NCBI RefSeq assembly: GCF_006345805.1
Contig: NC_043000.1
Coordinates: 130,386,001 to 130,450,000 of the forward strand
Direction: 5' to 3'
Length of the DNA: 64,000 nucleotides
Source: Octopus sinensis
Lineage: Eukaryota
Under the pieces are notes generated by a model. That model had not been told where the DNA came from, did no database searches, and saw only the letters and a program-made list of their open reading frames with translations. Of the stretch, positions 12,896 through 27,030 are shown piece by piece. The position numbers and the translations under genes are program-made. Each line of letters starts with the position of its first letter. Position 1 is the stretch's first letter.

Positions 12896-13403
12896 GAACA
12901 TTTATAATTTGTGTATTTATGCCTGCGTTTGTGTATTTACTAGTGCAATTATTTATTTATTATCATGCTAGTGTCTGTATAATCTAATGCTTTAATAAAC
13001 TAATATTTCCTAGTTTGAATGCTGACTCTTAGAACATAAGTAAATCAAAATTAGATACGAATGAAGTGCTGGAATCAAAGTCATTGCAGCGACATCAATT
13101 ACAATTTCAATTTTTCAAATATTTATGAAAATGACAATGATATTCACTATAATTATCAAATATTAATAACGGCCATAAAGGTTGACTTTGCTTCTCAGTT
13201 TTCTGGGATCAATATTTATGACCTAGAAATGAAATACTGGAAGTTATAGTTAACCTTTTTCTCCTCCATTTTGTGGATTTGTGTTAATGTAAGAAATTAT
13301 AACGTTTACGGCCTTTTACGTTCTGTGTTCAAATCCTATCGAGATCAGTATAGCCTTTCATTATTCCATGTTGATCATAGAAAGAGTTCTATTTCTCGCG
13401 ACA

Positions 13404-14300
13404 GACGTATATATACATATGTCCGTTCTCGAAAACAGGAGCGGAGCAGAGCAAAAGACAAAGCAAATGTCTTATACAACTGTCCATAAATTAGTGTCAC
13501 AAAATACCATGGACGACGGTATGCGAGTGTCACATCGAAGATCATTAGAACATTTACCTCTGACTTGTAGTCATCTTTGCAGTAGTAACGAGCGGAAAAC
13601 ATATGACGAAATAAACACAAATTTCATCTATTCTGGTGGTGTTTCTGGAAACATGCTCAATAATGGAGTAAAACAAAAATTTATCGCGAAGTTGCATTAA
13701 ATAGGGGCTTCAGTAAGGAAAACCATAAAACTGATGGTTGGGCAGGGGTAGAAAGTTGAGTGGATTGACGTATAGCCGTGAGTCATGTGATCGCTTTCTA
13801 TTCAGAGTCTAGAAAGGTAGAGAAATGGTTCGCAACAACATAAACAACAGTCCCTAAAACTTCTACTGATAACTCCAACGAATGAGACCACCTTAAACTT
13901 AATGCTAGAAACCAACGATCGAAATCCCTTTTGGCCACAACCAGTAGAGCCACTCTTACAACTGGCGACAATTCGGACAATGAAAATCCGTCGGCTGTCA
14001 GTGGAAGAAATGAAAGATGACATCCAAGTAGTAAACAAACTTAAACGGAAAAGAAGCAGAACGTGCGAAAAGCAGTCTATCAAAGATAATCGGGAAACGA
14101 TAAAGTGCACATTCTCAAGAAGATGAACTAAGATTGACTAAGATGGACTGTGAAATGTAAGATGCAGGCAATCACTCGTCAAAATCAGTTACAGGGCAAT
14201 GAACTTTCATACCTTAAGTCAGGAATACATAAGTCTCGTCGTACCCATTCCGACACCTCACAGCTTTCTTTGGGAAGCACCTGTGCGTACCTAAATTTAA
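13404..14300 (+). pseudogene. Decayed large exon-like segment (S/T/N/K/R-rich)
   Basis: The 110-aa ORF at 13368-13700 appears to shift near 13680 into a frame that runs past 14300 with scattered single stops (YREVALNRGFSKENHKTDGW...PKTSTDNSNE*DHLKLNARNQRSKSLLATTSRATLTTGDNSDNENPSAVSGRNER*...). No family recognised. Confidence 0.3.
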
Positions 14301-14802
14301 TATATAAAGCAAAGAATGTGAGAATCAATGGATGTTCTGAAAAAATATTCTTAAGCATCAGATTTACACCCATATATGGCTATGTCCCTCATTATGTTGA
14401 GTATTTGTATTTATATTTCACTTAATTATATAAATGATTTTGAAGATGACATTTTTGTTTATCCGCTTTCAAATTAGACGTGTTGTTTGGGCGTTTTTTG
14501 TGAAAGTAACGGCAAACATAGCGGACTAGTAGTCACATGTTCTTCTCTGGATGAGATAAAATAACGTTACTTTCAACAATTATTTTTTTAAAGTCAATGC
14601 TTTGCTAAATAGTGTTGTATAATAATGACGGGTGGCACAAGAAATGGTCAGTGACAGGTGGAACAGACAATGGTGATATTCATCTTGATATTCAAGAGTG
14701 ACTTCCTTCTTTAGTTTCAAATTTAAAAAGAAACAAATTGTAAAAGTTAAGCTTTAATAACTGAGCCTCTGATGTCACCGTCAACTTTACTCTAATCATA
14801 GT

Positions 14803-14841
14803 GATGGTGGTGGAAATAATAGCAGCAGCAGCAGCTGTAGC

Positions 14842-14873
<32 letters not shown>

Positions 14874-15000
14874 GAGGAGGAGGAGGAGGAGGAGGAGGAG
14901 TTGCAATAGCAGCAGTAACAATGGCACGACTAACAACAAGAGCCGTACCGGCAACATCACCGCTCCAGTCACCAATAACACCAACAGTTGTAACAACAGC
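14803..15000. repeat. Compound trinucleotide array (GCA/GTA/GGA/ACA)
   Basis: Directly visible. It generates the spurious poly-L and poly-V/G ORFs. Confidence 0.9.
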
Positions 15001-16027
15001 AGAAACGAGGACAAAAAGTGATTACACCCAACACTGACTTTATCCATATCGCGATCCTCACACCCACTGTCGCCTATTAATACGCCAATAGTTATAAGAG
15101 TGCTGTAAATATGGTCCCTTGCATGGGCAGCATAATACGGAAAACTGTCTCTGTAGAAGAAAGACAGATATGTCAGACTGAGTAAAAAGTAATCTAAATA
15201 TAAAATTCATCACGATATATTTCAACAAAGCGAACAGTTTATTCATCAAACTAAGTACAATTACAGTCAAAGCATTTTTACTAACGAGTAACAAGTTTGT
15301 TTATTCTGGTAATATAAAAATCTGGTGTTCTGGTGCTGATGAACTCTTTCAATGAAATGTTTCGATCAAACAGATGACCAGTAAGCCGCCTTAGCTGCAT
15401 ATTCGAAACAAGAATAGGACATGGTTTGGTAAGCAGTATCATAGCGGTACTTGATTCTCAAGATGCGGTGGTTGAAAAGCGATACAAGTGATTAGTTATA
15501 AAAGTATGAGAGAGGAATATGAAGCGGAGCAGTATTCGTCACTGACACAAGAAGAACTGGTATAGGTTTGATTTAGCAAAGAAATTCACACACAGAAGCC
15601 GTCCACAGGTCCAACTTGGTTTGCGGATTGTATCTTCATTGTTATACATCTAGTGTACCAAATTATGAAACTAAAGATATTGAGTGTCCTATCAATAGTG
15701 AAATTTTTATCAGTTGCTGTTATATGCTATAGTTAGGGAAAGATAGACTTGAGTCTGATGAATTATTGTATGGAAAATTAATCCAAAATTAGCGTGTTAT
15801 TTCTTAATCAGATACATTTCGAAATTATAAAAAGGATTGTTAACCAGAGAGCAGTCCCACAGTCTCAAAACATATTAGGAGTAGATTCATCCTAATTTGA
15901 GGGAGCATAAGCGCCTTCTTTCTCTTTAAACTCACACTCATGGTTTGCCATGTTCTTGTCTCCTCATGATCTCAACCACATATACACACATCTGCTCTTC
16001 TTTCCATTCTCGCGAACTCATTTCACC

Positions 16028-16700
16028 CTTTTGTATAGACTTGTGACTGGTGCGAAAAATGGATCTTCTATCGAAATGTTAAGCGTCGTAAACAGTGGCA
16101 TGGTAAAAGGGAAAATGATCAACCACAACCAAGAAGGGAACTCCATGAGAAAAGGGTTCTACTCTCTATCTGGTGGGATTGCAAAGGAGTAATTCACTTT
16201 GAATTGTTACCACCTAATGTAACAATCAGTGCTCAAGTCTACTGTCAGCAATTAGAGCATTTGAACTAAGCTTTGAAGAAAATATGACTCGCTTTAGTGA
16301 ATCGAAAAGGAGTCATGTTTCATCAGAACAATACGCGACCCCACACTGCAAATATCATATCACAGAAGATCGAAGAGCTTGGGTGGGAAAAAATTCCTCA
16401 TCCACCTTATTCTCCCGACCTTGCTCCTTCAGACTACCATTTGTTTCGTAGTTTACACAATCATTTGGGGGAACATAACTTTTGCAACCCAGGAGCAGGT
16501 CGAAACTGACATTTCAGAGTTCCTTGCTTTGAAACCAAAAAAGTTTTACATTGATGGGGTTAAAAGCTTATAAATATATGAAAAGATGTCATAGATAGTC
16601 AGGGAAAGTACATTGATGATTAAATTTCAATTAAATATAACATTTGATCACTTGTTTTCTTTATTCAAAATTCGGACAGAACTTATGGGATGACCTGATA
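16028..16700 (+). mobile_element. Mariner (Tc1/mariner) transposase pseudogene, 3' half plus right TIR
   Basis: Reads LVTG(d)EKWIFYRNVKRRKQW...VLLSIWWDCKGVIHFELLP...GVMFHQNNTRPH...LGWEKIPHPPYSPDLAPSDYHLFRSL with stops and frameshifts. TIR-like CGGACAGAACTTATGGGATGACCTGA is followed by TA at 16699-16700. Confidence 0.93.
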
Positions 16701-17228
16701 TATGTAAATATATATATGACTGTCTACATATGTGTCTGTGAGTGTGATATGTGCCCGTGTATGTGTATGTGTGGACATGCGCATTCAACGTAACCTAGTT
16801 TGAGCTTTTCATTAGGAAATCTGAAAAATTTAAAGAACAATCAATCACCTTACCAGTTCTAAATATTAATGATTTTTGTTCTCTTTATAAGTATGTGTAA
16901 ATAAGAAGAATCGACTAAATTCTTGCAAAAAGATTTTTCTTTCATTTTATCTGTACTCTCATCAAGACAGTAAAAAATGTCATTAGAATTTCATTATTAC
17001 TTTTTTTTCTTCACAAAACTAGACAAATTAGTTTCGGAGGAGAATTTGTTCCAGATAAAGCGAACTTTAATCTCACTCCTTAAAAAACTACTGAAAATGT
17101 AATTACTACTAGATAAATAATAAAGAAATGAGAGTATAGAGTATCACTATATGATAGGAAAACAGTTATTTTTCTTGAATAAAAATGATATATAAACACA
17201 TGATTTCATGCACGCACACACACACATA

Positions 17229-17286
<58 letters not shown>

Positions 17287-20200
17287 AAATTTTTTATACG
17301 AGAAGATGGACTCAACAGGTTGTATTACAAATCACTACAATTGTTTCAACATATCATTACACCCTGTTCACTTCATATTTTTTAACAGTTCTAGAGTGCT
17401 TTTTAGCGATGTCCTCATCATATGATACATATTGTCTCTTCCAAGCATCGGTTAAACGATTCCCTTGTAGGGGTTCCTAAATAATGCACTGAGATTTCCC
17501 TGGTGGCTTTTGAAGTTGTTGCTAGTTGTTCCTCTATATACATATTCACACCTTCTATAGAGTGCATATAATGTTTCCAGGCCAGCTTTTCTGTCTCTAA
17601 AATTACAATTGCAGCTTCTCTTCTGTCAAATCTGTGCTGCATTTCTATACAATGGAAGGCTATGAATGTTGCACCGTTGCCTTTCCCACGGCGTAACGTA
17701 ACGTATTCTGGAAGAGAGAGAGAGAGAGCTAGGAGAGGGAGAGAAAGAGAATGTGAGGGCTACAAACAGAAAAATGGACGGGTAAACAGAATGTGAGAAA
17801 CCTCTGTATTTTTTGACGCGGAAGGAAAGCAAAGTTGATATTGCGATTTGAACTTCAGAACACAGAAATCGCTTGGTATTGGGAACTCCTATAATGGGTA
17901 CATACTGGTAAATGGGGGCCTGATGAGCCTGAGACTCGTATCAGGCAGGACACTCACGCACTTATCCTGTGTCTTCAGTTACATCCCATTACTGATCTCT
18001 CTCTCATTCACTCTCTCACTCACTCATTCTCTCACTCACTCACTTACCCACTTTTACGCATATGTATGTGTGTTATTGCTTTACTCGCTTAGAGCAGGTC
18101 TACGATCAAAAGCATCAGTAATGGCCATCCCGATTTTTCCAATGTGCCCTTTTGGAAGAACGTAGGGTATGTTTGAGAGAATTTGTCTGATATTTCTAGC
18201 AAGTCGAACAACTAGCTAAATGTTCCCTCTCTCGTTTGTGAAACATTGTATTTGTTTTCTTTATTGTGCACTTTACACAAGTGTTTCATTATATTTTTGA
18301 AACACAAACAAAGGCGGTCATATTATTTCAAGTCAATAGTGTCCTTGATTTGGTAATCCAATTCGATATTTAATTTAATAGTACTTGGGATTAAATACAA
18401 TTTATAAGCCAAAGATAATCTCAAAATAGTGACAGTCATTGAAGTACTATATACAAATTATTCCCATGAAATATCACTCAATCCTTTTCGTCTATTTTGG
18501 AGCAAATTATGTTGATATCAATTCTGTCAAGTTAATAGTCATTCTTCTCTGAAGTGCCGACTCGGTGTCTTCAAAGATAAATCAAAAAGGAAGTACAATT
18601 CACATAAGATTTCCGATTCCAAACTGATATTTATAAATGCTGGCCTCAAACTTTCTGAATCTTCCTATCACGCAAATGTTCCAAGTGGTTTAGTTGTCTC
18701 TAAGTTTCTCCATTTGTACTACGATACACGCAAATTTCTCGTCTGACAGCTAAACGTTGTCTATCGAATTTCAAACACTGGATGATTAGAAAACCTCAAG
18801 GGTTATTAATTAGTACTGACATTGTACATAAGATTGACAGAAGTCATTTTTCATGGTCCACAAGAAGCTAATTAACTGTTCATAATTCAAATAAATGATC
18901 TGAGCTAAATAACGGATAAATATCTAATAATATAAGATTCTAATGAGTTGTGTGGTCAATAATGTGACATATTATGATCAGGTATATTCCCAATCGATAA
19001 TAAGAAGTATTATTAACTTCAGATAGCATCAGTTATTAAGCACAGAACATGTAAACCGATAACGCACATCTATATTTTGCTACCATAATAAGTTAGAGCT
19101 ATATGTATTAACTAAAAATAATTTTCCAACACATCCATGTGCAATAAAACTTTGATACTAAATATATTGCTCTGCAAACAGAACTTTTACTAAAGTTGAA
19201 AAAAACAGAGTTTAAAGAACAATAAAACAAACTAGTACTTGTGTTAGTATCAACTTCTCCATCGTCGATATGTTTATTATATTTTTTTTAGGATTCATCT
19301 CAAGTGTAAAATTGTCGGTATCAGATATACGACCAAATATTCTAAATTACATTGTATACAACCACCGTCCATACATTTCAGTGAGCGGTCCATTTCTTAC
19401 AGTTATGTTCAGTCGCTTTCTTCCCGGCGGACTCTTTAGTTTTTCATAATACAATTGTAGTCTCGTATCATGATTATGTCGTTCTTTCTAAATCTCTTCA
19501 GCAAACGCTTTCATCTCACTTTCTTCATAATAACTCAGTACTTTTCTATCCATTCTATCACACGATTTTCTTATACTTGTCTCACACATTTTCTATTAAT
19601 TTGTCTTGTTTGTCTTCGTCGTATCTCATAAATGTTCGTATATATTTTACATTTGTTTTTATCACACTTCCATTGATCTCTCATTCACCATTTCCTTTTT
19701 TATCCCGCTCTCCACTTAACAATCCTTTTCTCTCAAATAGAGCTATTAATTTTTTGGATATTCCTATCTTTCAAAATTGTACTCTTTTTTGTTATTTTGT
19801 CCACGGTTTTGCAATCTTATTCCGCTAATTCCTTGTTGTTAAGAACAGGTGGAAACAATTTCTGTTTTTTCATGCAGACTTCACAAGGCTATTTCTGGAT
19901 TAGTAGCGCTTTTTACTTTAACTGTCGATATGAATATCAAAGCCAAACACATTAATAATAATAGTAGTTTCTAATTTAGGTACAAAACCATCAATTTCGA
20001 AGAGAGGGTTTTTTTGAGAGGGTTTACTCTGTTTGTCCACTACCACTGGTTGACAACCGGTGTTGGGGTGTTTACGCTCCCGTAACACAGCGGTGCGGTA
20101 AAAGAAACCGACAGAATAAATACCAGGTTTAGAAAAATATTAAGTCCCAGGGTCGTTTCGTTTGACTGAAATTCTCCAAGTCGATGCCCCAGCATGGCCG

Positions 20201-20382
20201 CAGTCAAATCACTGAAACGTGTAAAAGATAAAAGATAATTTTACTTTGCGTAAATCCAAGACTTTCTGATTCATTGAGAACTCAATTTGAATGTGCAAAA
20301 AAATATTACAAGAAAATTTTCTCAAATGTAAATATATGGATTTTCTAAAAACAATATATAGACTTTTATTGTTTGCTTATAT

Positions 20383-20887
20383 ACTCTTTACTCTCTCTTT
20401 TTACTCTTTTACTTGTTTCAGTCATTTGACTGTGGCCATGCTGGAGCATCGCCTTTAGTCGAACAAATCGACCCCAGGACTTATTGTTTGTAAGCCTAGT
20501 ACTTATTGCATCGGTCTCTTTTGCCGAACCGCTAAGGTACGGGGACGTAAACGCACAAGCATCGGTTGTCAAGCGACGTTGGAGGGGGGGACAAACACAG
20601 ACACACAAACACACATACATATATATATATACATATATACGACGGGCTTCTTTCAGTTTCCGTCTACCAAATCCACTCACAAGGATTTGGTCGGCCCGAG
20701 GCTTTAGTAGAAGACACATGCCTAAGGTGCCACACAGTGGAACTGAACCCGGAAGCATGTGGTTGATAAGTACTTATTGCATCGGTCTCTTTTGCCGAAC
20801 CGCTAAGTTACGGGGACGTAAACGCACAAGCATCGGTTTTCAAGCGATACTGGGGAGACAAACACAGACACACAAACATATAGACAA

Positions 20888-20933
<46 letters not shown>

Positions 20934-21103
20934 TCATAATATATATGACGGGTTTCTTTCAGTTTCCGTCTACCAAATCCACTCACAAGGCTTCGGTCAG
21001 CTCGAAGCTATAGCAGAAGACACTTGCCCAAAGTGCCACGCTATGGGACTGAACCCGGAGCCATGTGGTTCGTAATCAAACTACTTACCACACAGCCACT
21101 CCT
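20383..21103 (-). mobile_element. Two tandem tRNA-derived SINE copies (family C)
   Basis: Each copy has the GGTTCAGTCCC B-box, a GGCACCTTGGGCAAGTGTCTT core and an internal (TG/TA)n run. The (AAAAGAGT)n tail is at 20383-20410 and the junction is near 20768. Confidence 0.9.
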
Positions 21104-21442
21104 TGCATTTTTTTTTCAAATGAGCCACAAAGGAACGGTTTAACTGTAACTACCTTCATATTCCTCAAGAGTCATTCACTAAATTTTCATTTTGCAACAA
21201 AATAATACTCGGTGGATCAAACGCATATCTTTCGAAAGAAAATAAGTAAAGAGGTTTAGCTTATAACGCCTAAAATCGCGAAAGAATGATCTAAACATTA
21301 TAGACTGAATATTTTGCTGATATCAACAAATGTCAAAGGCATACTGAATATGTTCGATATATGGCCTGAACTGCGAAGTTGAAGACAATTTAATGCTAGG
21401 GAGAGAAAGAGAGAGTGAGAGAAGAAGAGAGAGAAAGCGAGA

Positions 21443-21479
<37 letters not shown>

Positions 21480-22025
21480 TGTAAAATAATTGTAGTAGAC
21501 AGAAATAAGTTACTGACGTGTTAAAGTTTCCGTTTTAGATGTTGTGGCGACATGCTACAGAATAAATCTATTGACACTCCTGCAGTGCGAGTGCAAATTC
21601 ATTATTATTGATTCCTAAACGAATGCGTTTGTTTAAACAATCACAAAGTAGATAGGAAATGGATCACCTGAACGAATTTCTTTGTTAAGAGTACACCAGT
21701 TACTGAATACTATTTTTAACTGTGCAGAACAACGTTCTTTTGTAGTATTTATTATGAAATTCTTTTACGAGATCGGATATTCCGATTTGCATGAATGATG
21801 TACAATGAAATTAAATTAAGACAATTAATTACGATTCTTCAGACTAATTAATCAGTGTAATTAATTTGCATTGATTTACACACAAATTACCCACTAAAAA
21901 TATACAGGGTTATTCGGTTTATATAATGTACAGTTAGAATAACAATTATCCGCATGCAACATCTCAATTTTAAACTAAATATTTCGTAATATGATTAAGA
22001 TAAATTTGGAATTTTTTTTTATCAT

Positions 22026-22153
22026 AGGCATATGAGTAGCTCTGTGGTAAGTAGCTTGCTTACGAACCACATAATTCCGGGTTCAGTCCCACTGCGTGGC
22101 ACCTTGGGCAGGTGTCTTTTATTATAGCCTCGGCCCGACCAAAGGCCTTCGTA

Positions 22154-22196
<43 letters not shown>

Positions 22197-22332
22197 GTGT
22201 GTGTATATGTTTGTGTGTCTGTGTAACTTAGCGGTTCGGCAAAAGAGAATAAGTGCTAGGCTTACAGAGAATAAGTCATGGGGTCGATTTGCTCGACTAA
22301 ATTCCGTGCTCTAGCACAGAAACAAGTAAAAT
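22026..22332 (+). mobile_element. tRNA-derived SINE (family C), internally deleted
   Basis: GTGGTAAGTAGCTTGCTTACGAACCAC..CCGGGTTCAGTCCCACTGCGTGGCACCTTGGGCAGG, ending GAAACAAGTAAAA. Confidence 0.85.
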
Positions 22333-24111
22333 AGTATTAAGGGGAATTGTAACTTTGAATAACAGATCAACATAAAATGAGAAATATTTCAAAAATAGAC
22401 AGAATGCAAATGACTACAATGAGAGTCTGGGAGATATTTTTAGTTTTACACAATGACTAGCTTTAATTTGTTTCTTACTTCATATTTCTTTTGTTCACTT
22501 CTTACCGCTTTCTTTATATGTGTAATCGAGTAATATGTAGAATAGAAAATATAATAGTTATGAGAAAAAAGGCAATTCATCCCTGTCTAAAATATGCTTT
22601 ACCACTAAGAAGCATACATGTCTTTTTTTTTCAGTGACAAAAGTAAAATGGCAAATATCAGATATACAGAAAAGCAAATTTATTTTATATGGCAATGGAA
22701 TGGTATGAACCGTCCATAATGCAACAATTTAGAGATTGTCACGTAAAACCTTAATTCTAAAGTCGACACAAGACAACGCCTTTTGGCTTAGAGAATGATC
22801 GACTCTGGTTTTGGACTAATACCCTTTCAGCGACCCCGAAAGAATGAAATTCAAAGTAGAAATCGACCGTAAAGTGTCACAAAGAAATACTGCAAATTGT
22901 TTTGAATGATGCTTTACTTATTTCATTAATCTACCTGGCAAAATATTAACTTATTGTGAGGAATTATTATTTGTCTGAAATGGTACACAACAATATCCGA
23001 GGGAGGGGTCGGCTTCAGAGTAAGTGCAGGCATAGACAGAAGAGAGAGTCGTATAACAGAATTTATTTATACGTTCATTGAGAATATTAATGGAACATTA
23101 ATCTTGTAGTCCAACATAGACACAAAGCCTAATGGAACATTAATATTAATTAGATTTTTTCTAATCTGCTTTGTGAGAACATCGCAGATCAGAAATTGTT
23201 CTCTGGTTCAGAGAATTAAATTCATCCAGCATTGAGAAGTTCAGTTACTTATAGAAAGTTCTAGAGGCTGGATAAACACAAAAAAAATATGCAAATGAAA
23301 TGTAATGAAATAGAAAAATATTTTCTATTCTTGCTTGATTATGGATAGTGATTTAAGTGTAATAAATGCACAATAAAGATTTGTAGCAAACTAATTATAT
23401 CTTAACTTCGAAACTTAATCACATACTATAGAACTAACCAGTCAGTAATATATAAGCTTCTAGTATAACAGCTGAACTGGGCCACTTTTCCTCTGCTGTT
23501 TTGCGGGCAATGAGTGTGTGAGTGTTAAATATCTTTGGTGTTAAATTTTTTTATATAAAGGCTCTGTTCTTACCTAGAGGCTACCGGGGCTTCAGCTGAA
23601 CCCGCTTTTTCATAATCAAGATGTCTCTTCCATGGTTACTTTAAACTGAGCTAGTCGACGGCAATATATTCAATCCTATGATATTGAGATTGACTGAAAA
23701 TTGAGAGATCTACAACCATTGTGTTTAAGCATATGCACCTTTATATGATAAAGGAAAACATTCATCCAATAATAATGCTTTTTCAGGAATTATCGAATCA
23801 TTAAAAAGAAGAGGCGAACTTGATTCTTGTTACGTGATGTTAGAAAAGTCCCATGGCAAGTCATTGGAAAGAAAATAGCATTTTCTCTAAAGGAAACATT
23901 TTTAAAGGGTATTTTGACAAAAGGTATTTACAATGACATATGCAGAGAAAATGACACATGGAAAGAGTTATGTACAAACACAGATATACACAGAAAAATA
24001 AAGAGACATATAGAGAATGGGATGCATACAGAAAAACATACATATCTATATATACATATATACATATGTATATATGTGTAAATATCTCTATATATACACA
24101 TGCATATATGT

Positions 24112-24148
<37 letters not shown>

Positions 24149-24212
24149 TTAATATAGGTAGGAAAAATTGTATATATGTACATCTATCTATATATATACA
24201 TATGTATAGATG

Positions 24213-24256
<44 letters not shown>

Positions 24257-24479
24257 GGTGGCTGCCCCCTCGTTATCGAGTATGGCCATTGCACGAAGCT
24301 TAATCAATGTTGTTATCGTGCAATGCCTGTGCAAGAAGATTTTTTTTAAGTGAGGAAAGGCTGTGCACTGACTCAATCCCACTCACTAAGCAACATCAGC
24401 CATAATCTGAAAAGAAGAACAAGTCAACATCATCGGTAACCACTGAGCCGCAGCTTTTATGTCGGAGTTATCCCAGTTA

Positions 24480-24810
24480 CTTGAGTTACCTTCTCCTAGA
24501 AGGATGCCCTAACAAAGGCTAGGAGTCCTTCACTCCCAATGATTTAACCACGCGATCGGGTATTCAGTCCGATTATTTCTATGTCCCTGCGCATGATACA
24601 GCCTTAAGATATTTATTGGAAGGCCGTTGATTCTGAAGAGTTCCTCCGCCCTTTGACAGGCTTTGTTTTTCATTCCGCAGGGTGTCCAATAAACACCCTT
24701 CTCACCAAGCAAGCTTGGTGGGGTTGCCGGCTTAGTCGCCGACGGCCCGACCATGCAACAGGTTGTACTGGGTTACATGTTATCAGTAGCACTCGAAAGT
24801 GACCTGACAT
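24480..24810 (-). mobile_element. Probable non-LTR (RTE-like) 3'-derived fragment
   Basis: GC-richer island with a GTTACCTTCTCCTAG..CCTAACAAAGGCTA motif resembling RTE-type tails, from recall only. Bounded by (TA)n. Confidence 0.3.
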
Positions 24811-24811
24811 A

Positions 24812-24842
<31 letters not shown>

Positions 24843-26544
24843 ATATACACACACACATATGTATATATGAGTATGTACTCAAAAGGTTTTGTAAACCATG
24901 CTTCCTAAAGTCAAAATATTTATCGAAAGACTTAGTAACTATTTAATTTTTTTTTCTTTTTTGAAAAGAAGAATCCCTTGAACGTTTTGGAAAGAACTTT
25001 TTGTACTATGTGCATTGAGTGTAAGCGCTTTCGTTGTTCAACTTTACGAACCCGTGACTTTTGGGCTAAAATATGTACAGGAAGTTGTTTTATAAAGAAG
25101 ATTACTTTATAATAATTGGAAATCCTAAACTAAATCATCAATAGTCAGCATCATTACATACAATTACTTCCTCTTTATGGACAAGCCCAGATCACAAAGT
25201 ATTTCCACACATTGCATACCGTACGTTAATTTCTTCGCAAAACCTTCGTAGGTTTCTGGGTTCTTAAACTTTGCTTTTTTAAATATTTAAGAACTTTTAC
25301 GAAAATCTTTCCTCATAGATGTATGTGTGTGTACGTGTCTGTGTATGTCTGTGTGCGTATGCATGTGTATATATACACAAGGAAAGAGAGAAAGTGGGAG
25401 GGGAAGACAGGGAGGGTGATGCCATCAGACACCATAGAGGTGATAGGATGTGATTTTAGTAAAATCGATAATAAGAATATAAAGGAGTGAAAAGTTCAAC
25501 GCTTTAGAAAAGTCCTTCTTCAAGGAAAACTTGATAGGGTTGAAATTAAATAGGCATAGCAGATATTTTCGAACTTAGGGTATGTAAAACATCTGTATAT
25601 TTAACTACACACAAACATGCGGGTACAGACACGCGTGCGCGCGCGCACACACACACATATACATATATAATATGCATAAATACATGCAGTGAGATAAGTA
25701 TAAACAAATAACTAAAACGAAATGAATTAAATGCGTCGTTCATATTTCATATGATAATCGACAATAAGACAAAAGTAAGTGTCGCATTGGGAAAGTTATA
25801 TTTATAGAAAAGGTGCATATATATGTTTATCAATATATAGATACAACGAAACAAAATCGTACCTTGAGTAGGTAAAGTATAGAAATTTAAATTTATGCAA
25901 CTTTAAACAAACGTCATCAACAAGATGCCTAAAAAACTTCTGTAGGAATATAAAATATGTACAACGCTTCCTATTTCCTTTCGTTATAATCACTTACTTG
26001 TCAGACTATTGATTTTATCATGTATTTGTTTGCTACTGTGAGTTTATATGTGAATGGGAAACCTGCATTTATATAATTATGTATGCAAGTAAATCTTACA
26101 TGCGTATATCTTACTTAATGACTTCATCTGGTAGCCTATAGGTAAAAACAGAGCCTTTGTATAAAGAAACTGGAACGGGAACAAATTTATTTCCTACCTG
26201 CTGTATCCCCATTAGATAACTTACTATACACACGTCTTCGTATAATGTGTAATTTGGCAGTTCTTTCAGGATCTGAGAAAACCACAAATTAGAGGCATGA
26301 GTGGTTATAGACGCAGAAATGGCTGTGTAGTAAGTAGCTTCTTTACCATCCACATGGTTCCGGGTTGAGTCCCACTGCGTGGCCCTTGGGGCAAGTGTTA
26401 TCTACTAGAGCCTCGGGTCGACCAAAGCCTTGTCAGTGGATTTGGCAGATGGAAACTGAAAGAAGGCTGTCGTATGTATATGTGTGTGTATGTGTATGTG
26501 TCAGACATCACTTGACAACCGATGCTAGTGTGCTTGCGCCCCCG

Positions 26545-26916
<372 letters not shown>

Positions 26917-27030
26917 TATGTATATAAATATATGTATATAAGTATATATATATATATATATGTAGGTCCCGGGTTGATTCGGGGTTAACCACAGTAAATA
27001 AGGTACTCAATACATAGCAGAGTAAAATTA

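Noticed and set aside
11070-12971. Many 60-160 aa ORFs (YIYIY, HTHT, CVCV), here and throughout the window
   Set aside because: They are translations of (TA)n, (CA)n, (TACA)n and (GATA)n microsatellites, not genes.
14796-15047. Poly-Leu and poly-Val/Gly ORFs
   Set aside because: Produced by a compound trinucleotide array, with no splice or homology support.
15331-15381. CTGATGA...GAAA-TGTTT(CGATC)AAACA hammerhead-like motif
   Set aside because: Stem II does not pair and there is no NUH triplet after stem III (it reads GA), so it is probably chance or too decayed to call.
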